Below are positions 19,464 to 29,637 of a stretch of 64,000 nucleotides of DNA, piece after piece. Each line of letters starts with the position of its first letter. Position 1 is the first letter of the stretch. Source of the DNA: Candidatus Nomurabacteria bacterium (GTDB taxonomy: Bacteria > Patescibacteriota > Minisyncoccia > Phycocordibacterales > UBA918); assembly GCA_020632015.1 (NCBI GenBank), contig JACKGI010000002.1, positions 155,121 to 219,120 on the forward strand. Direction: 5' to 3'. The notes under the pieces were generated by a model, which searched no databases, was not told the origin of the DNA, and saw nothing but the letters and a program-made list of their open reading frames with translations. A program made the translations under genes and the position numbers.

Positions 19464-19561
19464 TATTACTATTAACCTTTCTTATGTTGCGCACTCTGAA
19501 AATAGTGCTATTTTATAGGCTGGTTTGCACTTCGTAAGCCAAAAACAATAAGGAGTTGTAG

Positions 19562-19777
19562 ATGTTGACGCTAAGCACAATACTCAATTTGCTGTTCAGT
19601 TCACTGGTGGCAGTAGCAGTTATGATGGCAGATTTTTTTATGTCAATCGTGGCTTGGAATGAAATAATTTCAAGAAACTGGTTTCTGCTACTAACGGTGT
19701 ACGCGCTGATAGTTGTTAACATATTGGCCGTACAATTCTTCAAAGCCTCGTGGCGATCATCACCAAAACACGTGTGA
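19562..19777 (+). CDS. Small hydrophobic protein (2 TM helices), unknown function
   Basis: A strong SD (AAGGAG) lies 7 nt upstream of the ATG. A terminator hairpin follows. This ORF is preferred over the overlapping antisense ORF 19513..19794. Confidence 0.45.
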   Translation: MLTLSTILNLLFSSLVAVAVMMADFFMSIVAWNEIISRNWFLLLTVYALIVVNILAVQFFKASWRSSPKHV

Positions 19778-19797
19778 GACGCAATCGTTTTCACCCT

Positions 19798-19822
19798 AGC
19801 CCGCCTCCCAGCGGGCTTTATT
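19798..19822. terminator. Intrinsic terminator between convergent genes
   Basis: AGCCCGC-CTCCCA-GCGGGCT followed by TTATTATTT. Confidence 0.7.
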
Positions 19823-20588
19823 ATTTATCTGAAGTCTTAATCGTAAGTCCGTCCTTCATGCCTTCAAAAGCTCTTAACACCTCAATTGGAGTGGCGAATA
19901 TGACTGTGTTTGATTGGTCTGACGATAAATCATTAAGAGTTTGTAGGGTACGCAAGTGAAGTGCTCCCGGAGCCTGAGAGAGCATGTGAGCTGCCTTAGC
20001 AATATTTTCAGCCGCCACAACTTCACCTTCAGCGTTAATAATCACAGCTCGGCGTTCTCGTTCCGCTTCGGCTTGCTTGGCGATTGTTCTCTCCATATCT
20101 TGAGGTAAGAAGAAATCTTTTAGTTCTACATTCTCTACCCGAATTCCCCAAGCATCAGTCTCAGCATCTACGATTTGTTGAATTCTTTCAGATAGTTTTT
20201 CTCGCTCAGAAAGGACTTCGTCTAGAGTTGCGCTACCGACGATATTTCTCATTGTGGTTTGTGCTAGTTGAGAAACAGCGAAACGGAAATTTTCTACTTC
20301 TAGTACTGCTCTAGCTGCGTCTGAAACCTTGTAATAAATTACCGCATTTATACTGGCAGACACATTGTCTTTTGTGATTACTTTTTGATCTGGCACATCT
20401 ACTGCTTTCACACGCAAATCAACTTTTTCCATGTGTTGAAAAATTGGAACAATGATACTCCAACCCGGCTTACGCAGACTCGTGTACTTACCCATAGTCA
20501 GCACCACACCTCGCTCATACTGCTTCACTTCTCGGAGTAAAATTACAGCCAGAACAATGGCTATAATCAATAAAACTAGTAGATCCAT
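19821..20588 (-). CDS. SPFH/band-7 (stomatin/prohibitin-like) membrane protein
   Basis: N-terminal TM helix, then an SPFH core (VDLRV...DVPDQKVITKDNV...VIYYKV) and a coiled-coil EAERERRA region. Confidence 0.85.
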   Translation of the reverse strand: MDLLVLLIIAIVLAVILLREVKQYERGVVLTMGKYTSLRKPGWSIIVPIFQHMEKVDLRVKAVDVPDQKVITKDNVSASINAVIYYKVSDAARAVLEVENFRFAVSQLAQTTMRNIVGSATLDEVLSEREKLSERIQQIVDAETDAWGIRVENVELKDFFLPQDMERTIAKQAEAERERRAVIINAEGEVVAAENIAKAAHMLSQAPGALHLRTLQTLNDLSSDQSNTVIFATPIEVLRAFEGMKDGLTIKTSDK

Positions 20589-20770
20589 AGTAAATATTCA
20601 GTTAAATGATATTTAGTTAGTTTACATTCATAAACTGATATCGTCTAGCAATATATTTTCAATCTTAATTCAAGGTTTGCTGACTAAATAAAATTCCTTA
20701 GCAGCCTTCTACAGCCAGATTCTCCCCTAGGAGGGGTCGAATCATGATTAAGCGTCTGCCTAAGAAAGTA

Positions 20771-21628
20771 TTAGTCGTCGCTACGCTCCTCGTGTCTTTT
20801 CTTTAGAAGAGCCATAGCACCATATAGTCCAGCCTCATCTCCAAGCTTTGCTTTAGTTATAAATGGACACTCTACAAATCCCTCGAGCACTTTTACTGTA
20901 TATTTTCGTACGTTATCGACATCAATAGCTGGGTCTCCAGTTATCATTGACCCTCCCAAAACGATTACATCCGGAGACCAATACATGACTGTGTTTCGTA
21001 ACCCTTGGGCCAAATACTCTGCCAGCTCATCCCATACCACATCGCTTTGCGGAATCTCATAGGCTGGAACTCCAAACCTCTCTGCCAGAGCTGTGCCTGA
21101 AACTAAATTTTCAAGACTAGGAACAATATCATCCCCCAGTACTGTACGATCTATATCTAAAATCTGATGACCTGGTTCAAAACCAGAACTAGCATGGTCT
21201 ATCTCACCATCTTCAATTTTTGCTCCACCAACCCCAGTACTCACAGTGTGATACGCAACAATCTCCATGCCTTTGCCGGCACCAAAAACTGCTTCTCCGA
21301 CTCCGGCAATAGCTGAGTCATTTTCTAAAAATATCGGTACGTCCGCAAACTTCTTAAGCTCACCGGTAATAGACTTACCTATCCATTTTGACAATACCGC
21401 ATCATTGTCTATACCATCTTTGTCTTCATTTAGAACACCTCTAACACCTCCCGCCATAGCCTTGGGAGCTTCTTTTGATAACTTCTTTATAGTATCTATA
21501 ATCTTCTTGATTCCGTCTTCAAATTTCGCTGGCGTCTTGAACGACTCAATAGCATCAATTTCTTCTAAGTTCGAGCTAACAGCAACTCTCGTTTTGGTTC
21601 CACCTATATCGAAAAGTACGTATTTCAT
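20771..21628 (-). CDS. ROK-family sugar kinase (glucokinase-like)
   Basis: DIGGTKTRVAV N-terminal ATPase motif and ENDSAIAGVGEAVFGAGKG. Confidence 0.8.
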   Translation of the reverse strand: MKYVLFDIGGTKTRVAVSSNLEEIDAIESFKTPAKFEDGIKKIIDTIKKLSKEAPKAMAGGVRGVLNEDKDGIDNDAVLSKWIGKSITGELKKFADVPIFLENDSAIAGVGEAVFGAGKGMEIVAYHTVSTGVGGAKIEDGEIDHASSGFEPGHQILDIDRTVLGDDIVPSLENLVSGTALAERFGVPAYEIPQSDVVWDELAEYLAQGLRNTVMYWSPDVIVLGGSMITGDPAIDVDNVRKYTVKVLEGFVECPFITKAKLGDEAGLYGAMALLKKRHEERSDD

Positions 21629-22878
21629 AGACCAAGAATATCTCTAGTTTTGTTTTTATAAAGCTCGACATTGGGTTGATCAAAAGCGTTGAGGTTCATA
21701 AGCTCTGCTACATACATGGTTTCAAGCATCCGCATTCCCATGAACAAACCAAGTGAGTAGGTCAAATCCTCATCAAAAATAGTTGAACGGTACGGTAGTG
21801 AGCGTTCTTGATACGCACCCATAACCCCACCGTACAAGGCCGTAGCCACTTCTTGTACATCATACTTACCGTATGGTTTTGATATGCCTTTTTTAGGAAT
21901 GCTGAAGTTTACCGTATCGTCATCAAAGGTCACAAAATCAGTATAGACACCAGCAAAACCACTCATGTATAGCTGGCCAACAGAATGTAATTCGACTGGT
22001 GTAGAAATGGTTGGCAGAAAACCCTTAGTCACGGATTTACCAGAACGATCTTTTTCTTTTCCAATACTTTCAGCAAAAAGTTGACGGTACCATGCGCCGA
22101 GCGTAGCGAGGCGCTTTTCAAAGGCAAAGAAATTGTAATGATTAAAACCTGTTTGAATATATGAATGCAGTCGAACAGCGTTCTCTGCTACCACTTCCTC
22201 AAATTCATCATTTGTCGCATCAATAACACCCTCAATGTAAGAGTCTGTATCGTGACCAAGTAAAGCAAGAGGGACAAGACCCACTTCAGTTGCCACTGAA
22301 TATCTACCACCTACCACTTCCGGCATTGGCACCGTTGTGACACCAAGCCTCTTTCCTGTCTTCATAAAGGTAGTGTTCGGGTTACCAACAAAAATTGTCT
22401 GCTGATATAAAACTTTTTTATACTTTTTTTCCAGCGCTTCTAATAAGACTCCGGCAGATACTAGAGTTTCGGCTGTGTTACCAGATTTACTAATCACACA
22501 CACAGCCAACTTCCCTACACTGCGGACTGACTTGAGTGTACTAAGCAGAAGCTCTATATCCCTTGCGGACACTGTATCTAAACAATGTAAAGAAACTTTA
22601 CCTTTATCTACAACTTCATGGATTGCTTTTGTACCTAAATTAGAGCCACCGATTCCAACCAGAATAAGGTGTTCTATTTTTTTAAACTTCTTCTTTAACT
22701 CATCGATGGTGTCGTGCAGATCTGGATTCTTTACATGAGCTAACGAATATTCAGGTCTATTTGAATCACTATGTTCAATAACAGCTTTGACCTCTTCTCT
22801 ATATTTACTCAACTTTTTTAGACCTCGTGACTGAGATGCAGGTGTTACTGAATCAATGTCAAAATAGGAGTAATACAT
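21625..22878 (-). CDS. pgi: Glucose-6-phosphate isomerase
   Basis: VGIGGSNLGTKA and VISKSGNTAETL SIS-domain motifs. Overlaps the downstream kinase by 4 nt, so the two are probably an operon. Confidence 0.85.
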   Translation of the reverse strand: MYYSYFDIDSVTPASQSRGLKKLSKYREEVKAVIEHSDSNRPEYSLAHVKNPDLHDTIDELKKKFKKIEHLILVGIGGSNLGTKAIHEVVDKGKVSLHCLDTVSARDIELLLSTLKSVRSVGKLAVCVISKSGNTAETLVSAGVLLEALEKKYKKVLYQQTIFVGNPNTTFMKTGKRLGVTTVPMPEVVGGRYSVATEVGLVPLALLGHDTDSYIEGVIDATNDEFEEVVAENAVRLHSYIQTGFNHYNFFAFEKRLATLGAWYRQLFAESIGKEKDRSGKSVTKGFLPTISTPVELHSVGQLYMSGFAGVYTDFVTFDDDTVNFSIPKKGISKPYGKYDVQEVATALYGGVMGAYQERSLPYRSTIFDEDLTYSLGLFMGMRMLETMYVAELMNLNAFDQPNVELYKNKTRDILGL

Positions 22879-22879
22879 A

Positions 22880-23626
22880 TTAGACTTGTCTGACGTTTTT
22901 AATTTTCTTTACTTCTTTAACAATATACTTGTAAGCCTCATCAACATCGTCCACGATAACAAAAAGCTCTAAATCTTCTGGACTAATTGTCTTAAATTTC
23001 TTAACCAAATTTTGTTCAAAAAATCTAACCATTGGCTCCCAATACTCTCGGCCATAAAGAACGACTGGAATGCGTTCAATTTTCTTAGTCTGGATTAAAG
23101 TGATGATTTCAAAAAATTCATCTAATGTTCCAAATCCACCAGGAAAATACACATAGGCTTCTGATGCAAATGTCAGCATCACTTTACGAGAAAAGAAAAA
23201 ATCAAAATTCAGAGAATGTGTTGTATAAGGGTTAAGGACTTGTTCAAATGGTAATTTGATATTTAGTCCAACAGACTTACCACCTACTTTATAGGCTCCA
23301 ACATTTGAAGCTTCCATAATACCCGGCCCTCCACCGGAAATGATTGAGAAGTCCTTCTTGGCCAACTTAGCAGCTAGTTCTTCCGCTGCCTTGTAGTATT
23401 TGTCATCTGGACTTGTTCTGGCACTTCCCCAAAAAGTTGCTGATAAGCCATGTTCTCGCAAGAGCTCAAAGCCTTGAACGAACTCAGACATGATTCTAAA
23501 TACACGCCAAGACTGCACCGCGTCCCCATTTGATCCATCTGGATCTAGTAGTTCTGTTACAACTCTACTGTTATCACCCTTGGCCACGTCTTTCCTACTT
23601 TTTTTATTTTTTCCAAACATGAACAT
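22880..23626 (-). CDS. LOG-family / TIGR00730 Rossmann-fold protein (nucleotide 5'-monophosphate nucleosidase-like)
   Basis: SGGGPGIMEA...GLNIKLPFEQ...PGGFGTLDEFFE motifs. Confidence 0.85.
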   Translation of the reverse strand: MFMFGKNKKSRKDVAKGDNSRVVTELLDPDGSNGDAVQSWRVFRIMSEFVQGFELLREHGLSATFWGSARTSPDDKYYKAAEELAAKLAKKDFSIISGGGPGIMEASNVGAYKVGGKSVGLNIKLPFEQVLNPYTTHSLNFDFFFSRKVMLTFASEAYVYFPGGFGTLDEFFEIITLIQTKKIERIPVVLYGREYWEPMVRFFEQNLVKKFKTISPEDLELFVIVDDVDEAYKYIVKEVKKIKNVRQV

Positions 23627-23641
23627 ATTGTAACACTCGCT

Positions 23642-24235
23642 CTACAGCCAAGGGATTTCAAATTGTTCAAATTCGGGGAGAAGTTTCTTGTTGTACAACA
23701 AGCGAGACACGACTTCGGCATGACTCAGAGCACCAGTGAGAGCATTGTGAGGCTGAGGTTCTTCTGGGATACCGCAATAATTTAAGACAGTATCTAAGTT
23801 TAGTGCACTCCTCTTATGCTCTTCATCAATCGGTGGAGGTAAGCCTGCTTTTACCATATGCATCCAACATAATGTATGAGTATCAATTGTTCTGTGAGCA
23901 AAATTCCAATCAAAGCCCGCTCGTTCAGTTGCGGCTTTCAGCATATCTCTGTCAAAAGAAACATTTTGTCCGGTTAGTGTTCTGTCAGCAAAGTCCTTAG
24001 ACCAGTCAGTAAAGTTACGGACTAGTTCAGCTTCGGACATTTTATTTGAATCAGTTACCTGTTCTTCGGTAAATCCGCAAACCTCCAATCCTTCTGGATC
24101 CAGGTGGGCTCCGTCCCAAACCCTACATTCTGCATAAAACTGATTCGTCGGGTTATCAAAATCAAGTGCCCCAATCGAGACAATTGAGTGCTTACTGTAA
24201 TTTACTCCTGACGCTTCAATATCTAAAATTAACAT
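23642..24235 (-). CDS. DEDD-type 3'-5' exonuclease domain protein
   Basis: LILDIEASG (Exo I), GQNVSFD (Exo II) and H....D near the C-terminus. Confidence 0.7.
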   Translation of the reverse strand: MLILDIEASGVNYSKHSIVSIGALDFDNPTNQFYAECRVWDGAHLDPEGLEVCGFTEEQVTDSNKMSEAELVRNFTDWSKDFADRTLTGQNVSFDRDMLKAATERAGFDWNFAHRTIDTHTLCWMHMVKAGLPPPIDEEHKRSALNLDTVLNYCGIPEEPQPHNALTGALSHAEVVSRLLYNKKLLPEFEQFEIPWL

Positions 24236-24247
24236 GAGCTTAATATA

Positions 24248-24619
24248 TCACATTCCTAATTCTGGGCAGTTGGCGGCCGGCGTGTAGCCAGCCGCCTCTG
24301 CTTCCTTAATATTGTTAAAAAACACTTTGTTTTCTTCCTTAATTTGCTTTGCACCAGGGCATGTGAGCGAATGGTATTTAGTACCAGACTTAGAAGCGAC
24401 AACTTTATAATCTGGAACAACGATATTTGAGTCTTTATTTTCAACATATTTTGGTGACTGGGATAAAATGACTCCTGCCGGCGCCGAAGGCGCCGGCCCA
24501 CCCTCCATTTTTTCGACTGATTGCCTCCCTAGACCAAATGAAGCAATAGAAATCAACATTATTAAAACTGCTAAAAAGAAAGAGTCATCGGCCAAATAGG
24601 GCTTGAGTTTTTCGTACAT
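24248..24619 (-). CDS. Membrane-anchored protein with a C-terminal Cys-containing Ada/'sunset'-like small domain
   Basis: N-terminal TM helix. C-terminal YHSLTCPGAKQI...F....EAEAAGYTPAANC pattern. Confidence 0.5.
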   Translation of the reverse strand: MYEKLKPYLADDSFFLAVLIMLISIASFGLGRQSVEKMEGGPAPSAPAGVILSQSPKYVENKDSNIVVPDYKVVASKSGTKYHSLTCPGAKQIKEENKVFFNNIKEAEAAGYTPAANCPELGM

Positions 24620-24667
24620 ATGTCGTATACTCTGCGGGTTAAATTCTAAACATTATACCTTAATCGT

Positions 24668-24949
24668 ATGTCAACTAAAAAAGCTGGTGGAACATCCAAA
24701 AACCTGCGTGATTCGCAACCAAAATATCTGGGAGTGAAGCGTGCAGATGGACAAGAAGTCAAGACTGGCCAAATTATTGTTCGTCAAAGAGGAACAAAAA
24801 TTGAAGCTGGGAAGGGCGTAAAAGTTGGTAAAGACCATACTATTTTCGCAATGATTGACGGAATTGTTTCATTTCGAAACATGCGTAAGACTAAGTTCAA
24901 TGGTCAAACTGTGACCAAGAAAGCAGTCGACGTTTTGCAAACTGCTTAA
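24668..24949 (+). CDS. rpmA: 50S ribosomal protein L27
   Basis: [21 protein letters not shown]...[11 protein letters not shown]...[12 protein letters not shown] pattern. Confidence 0.95.
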   Translation: MSTKKAGGTSKNLRDSQPKYLGVKRADGQEVKTGQIIVRQRGTKIEAGKGVKVGKDHTIFAMIDGIVSFRNMRKTKFNGQTVTKKAVDVLQTA

Positions 24950-24961
24950 GTTTCTATTTTG

Positions 24962-24995
24962 AAAAAGGCCGGCCCCGATGGGGCCGGCCTTTTTC
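24962..24995. terminator. Bidirectional intrinsic terminator
   Basis: AAAAAGGCCGGCCCC-GAT-GGGGCCGGCCTTTTT. Confidence 0.85.
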
Positions 24996-25009
24996 TTTAT
25001 TTAGTTGGC

Positions 25010-25720
25010 TTAGTTTCGCCTGATTTTTACTGACTCCATCACCACATCCTCCAGCGGTAGATTTGTTGAATTAGTTTCAACTTTTGCAATCGCATCGACA
25101 ACATCCATACCTCTTACCACCCTACCAAAGACAGGATGCTGAGAAGTTAGCGGTTGTTTATCAAAGTCTAACCTTTGATTATCTATCAAGTTAATAAAAA
25201 ATTGGCTTCCTCCTGAGTTAGGTCCACTATTCGCCATTGCGATTGTCCCTCTAGTATTTGTAAGCAGTTCTGATCTTACATGCTCATCCGGAATAGTATA
25301 GTCAGGACCTCCAGTACCATACTTTAGAACTTGATCAGTCTTCGTTATTGGATCTCCCCCTTGAATCATAAATCCGTCAATTACTCGATGGAATTTAACA
25401 CCATCATAGAATCCACTTTCTGCCAACTTTGCAAAGTTACCGGCAGTAATTGGCATAACATCTTCAAACAACTCAATTTCAATCGTTCCTTTATTTGTAT
25501 TAATTTCTGCAATTGGATTCATACGGTTCTTAATATCTACATTATAAGCTTCTAGTTCATTAGCTGGTAACGGAGCTGGGATATTTTCAGTAGACTCTGT
25601 TTTATTTTCAACTGTTTCGGTTACACCACCATTCATCAACCACACCACACTGGCAATCAATGCTGCACAAACCAACAAAAGTATAATCACTGGTTTGGCT
25701 TGATTTACAAAATTATTCAT
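25010..25720 (-). CDS. Cyclophilin-type peptidyl-prolyl isomerase, membrane-anchored
   Basis: FHRVIDGFMIQGGDP and GTIAMANSGPNSGGSQFFI motifs, with an N-terminal TM helix. Confidence 0.9.
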   Translation of the reverse strand: MNNFVNQAKPVIILLLVCAALIASVVWLMNGGVTETVENKTESTENIPAPLPANELEAYNVDIKNRMNPIAEINTNKGTIEIELFEDVMPITAGNFAKLAESGFYDGVKFHRVIDGFMIQGGDPITKTDQVLKYGTGGPDYTIPDEHVRSELLTNTRGTIAMANSGPNSGGSQFFINLIDNQRLDFDKQPLTSQHPVFGRVVRGMDVVDAIAKVETNSTNLPLEDVVMESVKIRRN

Positions 25721-25724
25721 AAAA

Positions 25725-26168
25725 TTAGTTATTCTTTACCACTTCTAATTTAAACTCGGCTTTATCCTTACCTAAGACCAACAATACTTCATGAACACCC
25801 ACTTCTTTGATTGGTGAATGAAAAGCAACCATTTTTTCATCTATTCTAATTCCGGCTTCTTTTGCGGCAGCAACCACATCATCTGCGTGTACAGCCTGAA
25901 ACATGTGTCCTTTCTCATTAGCATCAACACCAACCTTAATTGAAGCTTCTCTAAGAGCCTTTATCGCATCTTTAAAATTAGCTTTACTTGCTTCCAAAAC
26001 AGCCTTTGCTTCAGCCTGAATTTTCTCAATTCTCTTTGTATTAGAAGCAGAAGCTGGTTCTGCGAGCCGCTTTGGTATGAGTTGATTGCGAGCGTAACCA
26101 TCTGGTACCTCCACAATTTGAGAACGTCTTCCGATTTTTGCCACATCCTGTAAAAGAATTACTTTCAT
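25725..26168 (-). CDS. rplI: 50S ribosomal protein L9
   Basis: MKVILLQDVAKIGRRSQIVEVPDGYARNQLIP. Confidence 0.9.
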   Translation of the reverse strand: MKVILLQDVAKIGRRSQIVEVPDGYARNQLIPKRLAEPASASNTKRIEKIQAEAKAVLEASKANFKDAIKALREASIKVGVDANEKGHMFQAVHADDVVAAAKEAGIRIDEKMVAFHSPIKEVGVHEVLLVLGKDKAEFKLEVVKNN

Positions 26169-26244
26169 ATCATTTAATTACCTACCAAAAATCACATTAA
26201 TTTATTCGAGCATTATAATAGCAAAATTTGCAAAACCACTCCAC

Positions 26245-27654
26245 CTACTCTGTTTCTCCTGTACTAGTAGCATTTTCCGCTACCTTTTCTTCAAAAGTTT
26301 CACTAACCACCTCTTCCCCTTTCAAGAACTTAACCGCAGCATCTTTTTGTGGATCCTCACCAGCTACTCGATTTGCAGGGGTACGAGTAATAGTAATATC
26401 TGGAGAAAGCCCCCCATCAGAAATAGATGTTCCATTTGGAGTAAGCCACCTTGCCACGGTAACCTTAAGTGAAGAGCCGTCATCTAATTTGACCAATTCC
26501 TGAACGGAACCTTTACCAAAAGTCTGAGTACCAATTACAGTAGCAACTCCATGATCTTTAAGTGCACCAGCCAAAATTTCTGACGCAGAGGCAGAACCAT
26601 TGTCTACTAATACTACCAAGTTCTTAGGGTTGAAGATTTGAATTTGGCGTCCACGACTACGGAAAACTTCATCCTCTTCGGTACCGCCAAACTCTTCCTT
26701 CACAACTACCTTTCCAGCCGGTAAGAAATAACTTGCAATTGAAACAGCACTTTGCAAGAAACCACCAGGGTTACCACGAACGTCTAAAATTAGATTGTCA
26801 GCACCACTCTCGAGGTATTCTCGGAGAGCGTTGTTTACCTGTGCCTCTGCGACTGCGTTGAAGCTGTAAAGTGAGACAATAAAAGTATTGTCAATTTTTT
26901 CTGTTTTTACAGTAGGGATATTGATGGTGTCGCGAGTAACAGGGATAGTAAGGAACTCAGTTTCTCCCTCTCGATACATTTGCAAAGTAACGACAGTTCC
27001 TTTTTCTCCTCTGATAAGCTGTACCGCTTCGTCGATATTCATACCTTCGGTAGAAACATCATCAATTTTTACTACTACATCCCCAGCTATTATTCCCGCT
27101 TTCTCTGCAGGAGTTTCTGGCAGTGGTGAAATAACAGTAATAAGACCTTCTCTCAATCCCACCTCCATACCGACTCCACTGAAGTTTCCAGAAATATTCT
27201 CGTTAAATGCACTAGCGTCTTCTGGTGGCATATAAACCGTATACGGATCACCATATGAATCTACTAACCCTTCGATAGCACCTCGGATTTTGTCTTCACT
27301 AGTAATCCCTTCGGTTGTGCTTCCAGTGACAAATTTTTCTTCAAGCAGACTCCAAACATTCCAGAATTCATCAAGACTTGGCTTGTCCGACACTTCCTCA
27401 GCTATAGTTTTGTTGGTAAAGAAACTAAAAACCGTAGCTGTTTGATTGTCTACAATTTCTCCCCTACCCAACTGTAGACCAGAGACAAATGCTCCTAAGG
27501 CCAAAACAAAAGCCAAAAAGTAGCCTAGTCCTCGATTTGGTGTTTTTTGTTTTTGGGAGATAGTTTCTGAATTGGGGTCAAATGACATTTGGACATTATC
27601 GCATAAAGTATGAATACACCAAAATGGTTGCTGGTGATGGTGCCATAGGGACAT
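26245..27654 (-). CDS. S41-family C-terminal processing peptidase (PDZ-containing)
   Basis: PDZ segment GIIAGDVVVKIDD and catalytic region VLVDNGSASASEILAGALKD. The start is ambiguous: the 27654 ATG has GGAG upstream, and 27588 (MSFDPN) is the alternative. Confidence 0.85.
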   Translation of the reverse strand: MSLWHHHQQPFWCIHTLCDNVQMSFDPNSETISQKQKTPNRGLGYFLAFVLALGAFVSGLQLGRGEIVDNQTATVFSFFTNKTIAEEVSDKPSLDEFWNVWSLLEEKFVTGSTTEGITSEDKIRGAIEGLVDSYGDPYTVYMPPEDASAFNENISGNFSGVGMEVGLREGLITVISPLPETPAEKAGIIAGDVVVKIDDVSTEGMNIDEAVQLIRGEKGTVVTLQMYREGETEFLTIPVTRDTINIPTVKTEKIDNTFIVSLYSFNAVAEAQVNNALREYLESGADNLILDVRGNPGGFLQSAVSIASYFLPAGKVVVKEEFGGTEEDEVFRSRGRQIQIFNPKNLVVLVDNGSASASEILAGALKDHGVATVIGTQTFGKGSVQELVKLDDGSSLKVTVARWLTPNGTSISDGGLSPDITITRTPANRVAGEDPQKDAAVKFLKGEEVVSETFEEKVAENATSTGETE

Positions 27655-27701
27655 GTCACATCTCCAAACGATGAGATTTTACAGAGTTTCTGCTACACTG
27701 T

Positions 27702-29165
27702 ATGACAATTATGTTTACTGAACTATTTTCAAAGAAAACACCCGCTCACGTAAGAGATGTGTACGTATACAATACCGAAACTCGAAAGCGAGAAGTGTTT
27801 AAGCCATTGAATGAAAAAGAAGTAAAAATGTACAGTTGTGGCCCTACTGTTTATAGCAATATTCACATTGGAAACTTACGCGCCTTTTTAAGCGCTGACA
27901 TTATTAAAAGGGTTTTGGTTAGAAATGGATATCCAGTAAAGCACACGATTAACCTAACTGATTTTGGACACCTCACCAGCGATGGCGATGAAGGTGAGGA
28001 CAAAATGATGAAAGCTTTAAAGAAAGAGGGGGTACCTATTACTCTGGATTCAATGCGTCAACTTTCTACTCGCTACATTAAAGCCTTTGAAAACGACATA
28101 GATGAATTGCGAATCATCCACCCAGCAGTTTGGGCCCGAGCCAGTGACTATGTAAAAAAACAAATAAGCTTAATTAAAGCCTTAGAAGAAAAAGGCTTTA
28201 CCTACGAAACTAGCGATGGCTTGTATTTTGATATTTCAAAATTTCCAAAGTACGGTCGCTTAGGAAACATAGATATCGAGAAACTACAAAGTGGAGCTCG
28301 GGTTGAAGTCAACGCAGAAAAAAAACACCCTGCTGATTTTGCAATCTGGAAAAAGGGTGACTTAGGCTGGGAAAGTAAATGGGGCAAAGGCTTCCCTGGC
28401 TGGCACATTGAATGCTCTGCTATGGCCATGGATACACTTGGCAAACAAATCGACATTCACACTGGAGGTGAAGACTTGGCATCTACCCATCACAACGCTG
28501 AGATTGCCCAGTCAGAAGCTGCCACTGGTAAAACATTTGTAAAGTACTGGCTACACAACGCTTTTATTACTATCGACAACACAAAAGTTTCTAAATCTCT
28601 TGGCAATACCATAACAATGCGAAATCTTATGGACAGAGGATTTTCTGGCGATGATTATCGTTACTGGCTTCTTACTGCTCACTATAGGACTCAAGCAAAC
28701 TTTTCTTGGGAAGCCCTAACTTCAGCCAAACAAGCATTATTCCGACTTAAAAGGTACGTCTATGAGGATTTCAAGCAAAGAACCTCAACCCCTGACGCAA
28801 CATACTTAGACCGTTTTGACACCTGTTTAGCAGATGACTTTGATACACCAGGAGCAATAGCTGTGATGTGGGACATGCTTAAAGATTCAAAGTTAGACGA
28901 TAAAACAAAATGTGGGACCCTGATGTCCATGGATGAAGTTCTTGATATTGGTCTATCGGACAATCTGCAAGAAGGAGTTAAATCACTAGGCGTTATTGCA
29001 GTGGATGATTTGTCAGAAGAAATTCAAGCGCTGATTGACGAACGTGAGGTAGCCCGTATAGCTCGCAACTGGGATGTCGCCGACATCCTCAGAGAAAAAA
29101 TAAAACTAAAGGGCTATGAGTTAGAAGATACCGCTCATGGACCGAAGGTAACTAAGGTTGGTTAA
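27702..29165 (+). CDS. cysS: Cysteine--tRNA ligase
   Basis: YSCGPTVYSNIHIGNLR (HIGH-type) and KVSKSLGN (KMSKS-type) motifs. Confidence 0.92.
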   Translation: MTIMFTELFSKKTPAHVRDVYVYNTETRKREVFKPLNEKEVKMYSCGPTVYSNIHIGNLRAFLSADIIKRVLVRNGYPVKHTINLTDFGHLTSDGDEGEDKMMKALKKEGVPITLDSMRQLSTRYIKAFENDIDELRIIHPAVWARASDYVKKQISLIKALEEKGFTYETSDGLYFDISKFPKYGRLGNIDIEKLQSGARVEVNAEKKHPADFAIWKKGDLGWESKWGKGFPGWHIECSAMAMDTLGKQIDIHTGGEDLASTHHNAEIAQSEAATGKTFVKYWLHNAFITIDNTKVSKSLGNTITMRNLMDRGFSGDDYRYWLLTAHYRTQANFSWEALTSAKQALFRLKRYVYEDFKQRTSTPDATYLDRFDTCLADDFDTPGAIAVMWDMLKDSKLDDKTKCGTLMSMDEVLDIGLSDNLQEGVKSLGVIAVDDLSEEIQALIDEREVARIARNWDVADILREKIKLKGYELEDTAHGPKVTKVG

Positions 29166-29187
29166 TCAAGACAGCTATCACTGCGAA

Positions 29188-29598
29188 TTACCAAATTATA
29201 TTCATAATTGTGAACACTACGATTGCTGAGAAAATACAGAATCCTGCTCTAATAAAATAGTAACTGTGAGACTCTCTGTTGAGCAGTCGCTCGACACCGA
29301 CAACTGGAAGTGCTACAGAAAATAATACAAGAACTATAAACAATGGGTATAAATACACAAATAAATCAGTAAATAAAGATTCTATACTAGCGTCAAAAAA
29401 TAACCAAAAAACAAAACAAAGTAAATAAGCACTTCCAAACAATTTGCTGAACTTAATTTTATCAACAAAAACTATGTACTTAATTTTATAAATCAATATT
29501 AGGAATATAAGTGCACAAATACCTAAGAATATATTGAAATATATGAGACCACCTAACATACCTTTAATATACACCCATCTTATCCACCCAATCCCCAC
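29188..29598 (-). CDS. Polytopic membrane protein, unknown function
   Basis: A 136-aa, very hydrophobic, AT-rich ORF with no recognisable motif. Confidence 0.4.
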   Translation of the reverse strand: MGIGWIRWVYIKGMLGGLIYFNIFLGICALIFLILIYKIKYIVFVDKIKFSKLFGSAYLLCFVFWLFFDASIESLFTDLFVYLYPLFIVLVLFSVALPVVGVERLLNRESHSYYFIRAGFCIFSAIVVFTIMNIIW

Positions 29599-29637
29599 CC
29601 CTGTGCAAAACAGCCTTATAAATCGGTTCCAAAAATC

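Noticed and set aside
19513-19794. 93-aa minus-strand ORF
   Set aside because: It overlaps almost completely the plus-strand 71-aa ORF, which has a strong AAGGAG RBS and a downstream terminator. The minus-strand ORF would read through that terminator hairpin.
20700-20750. GATTC-GACCCCTCCTAGGGGA-GAATC dyad downstream of the ROK kinase as an intrinsic terminator
   Set aside because: The hairpin is real but is not followed by a U tract on the relevant strand, so the assignment is too uncertain to list as a feature.
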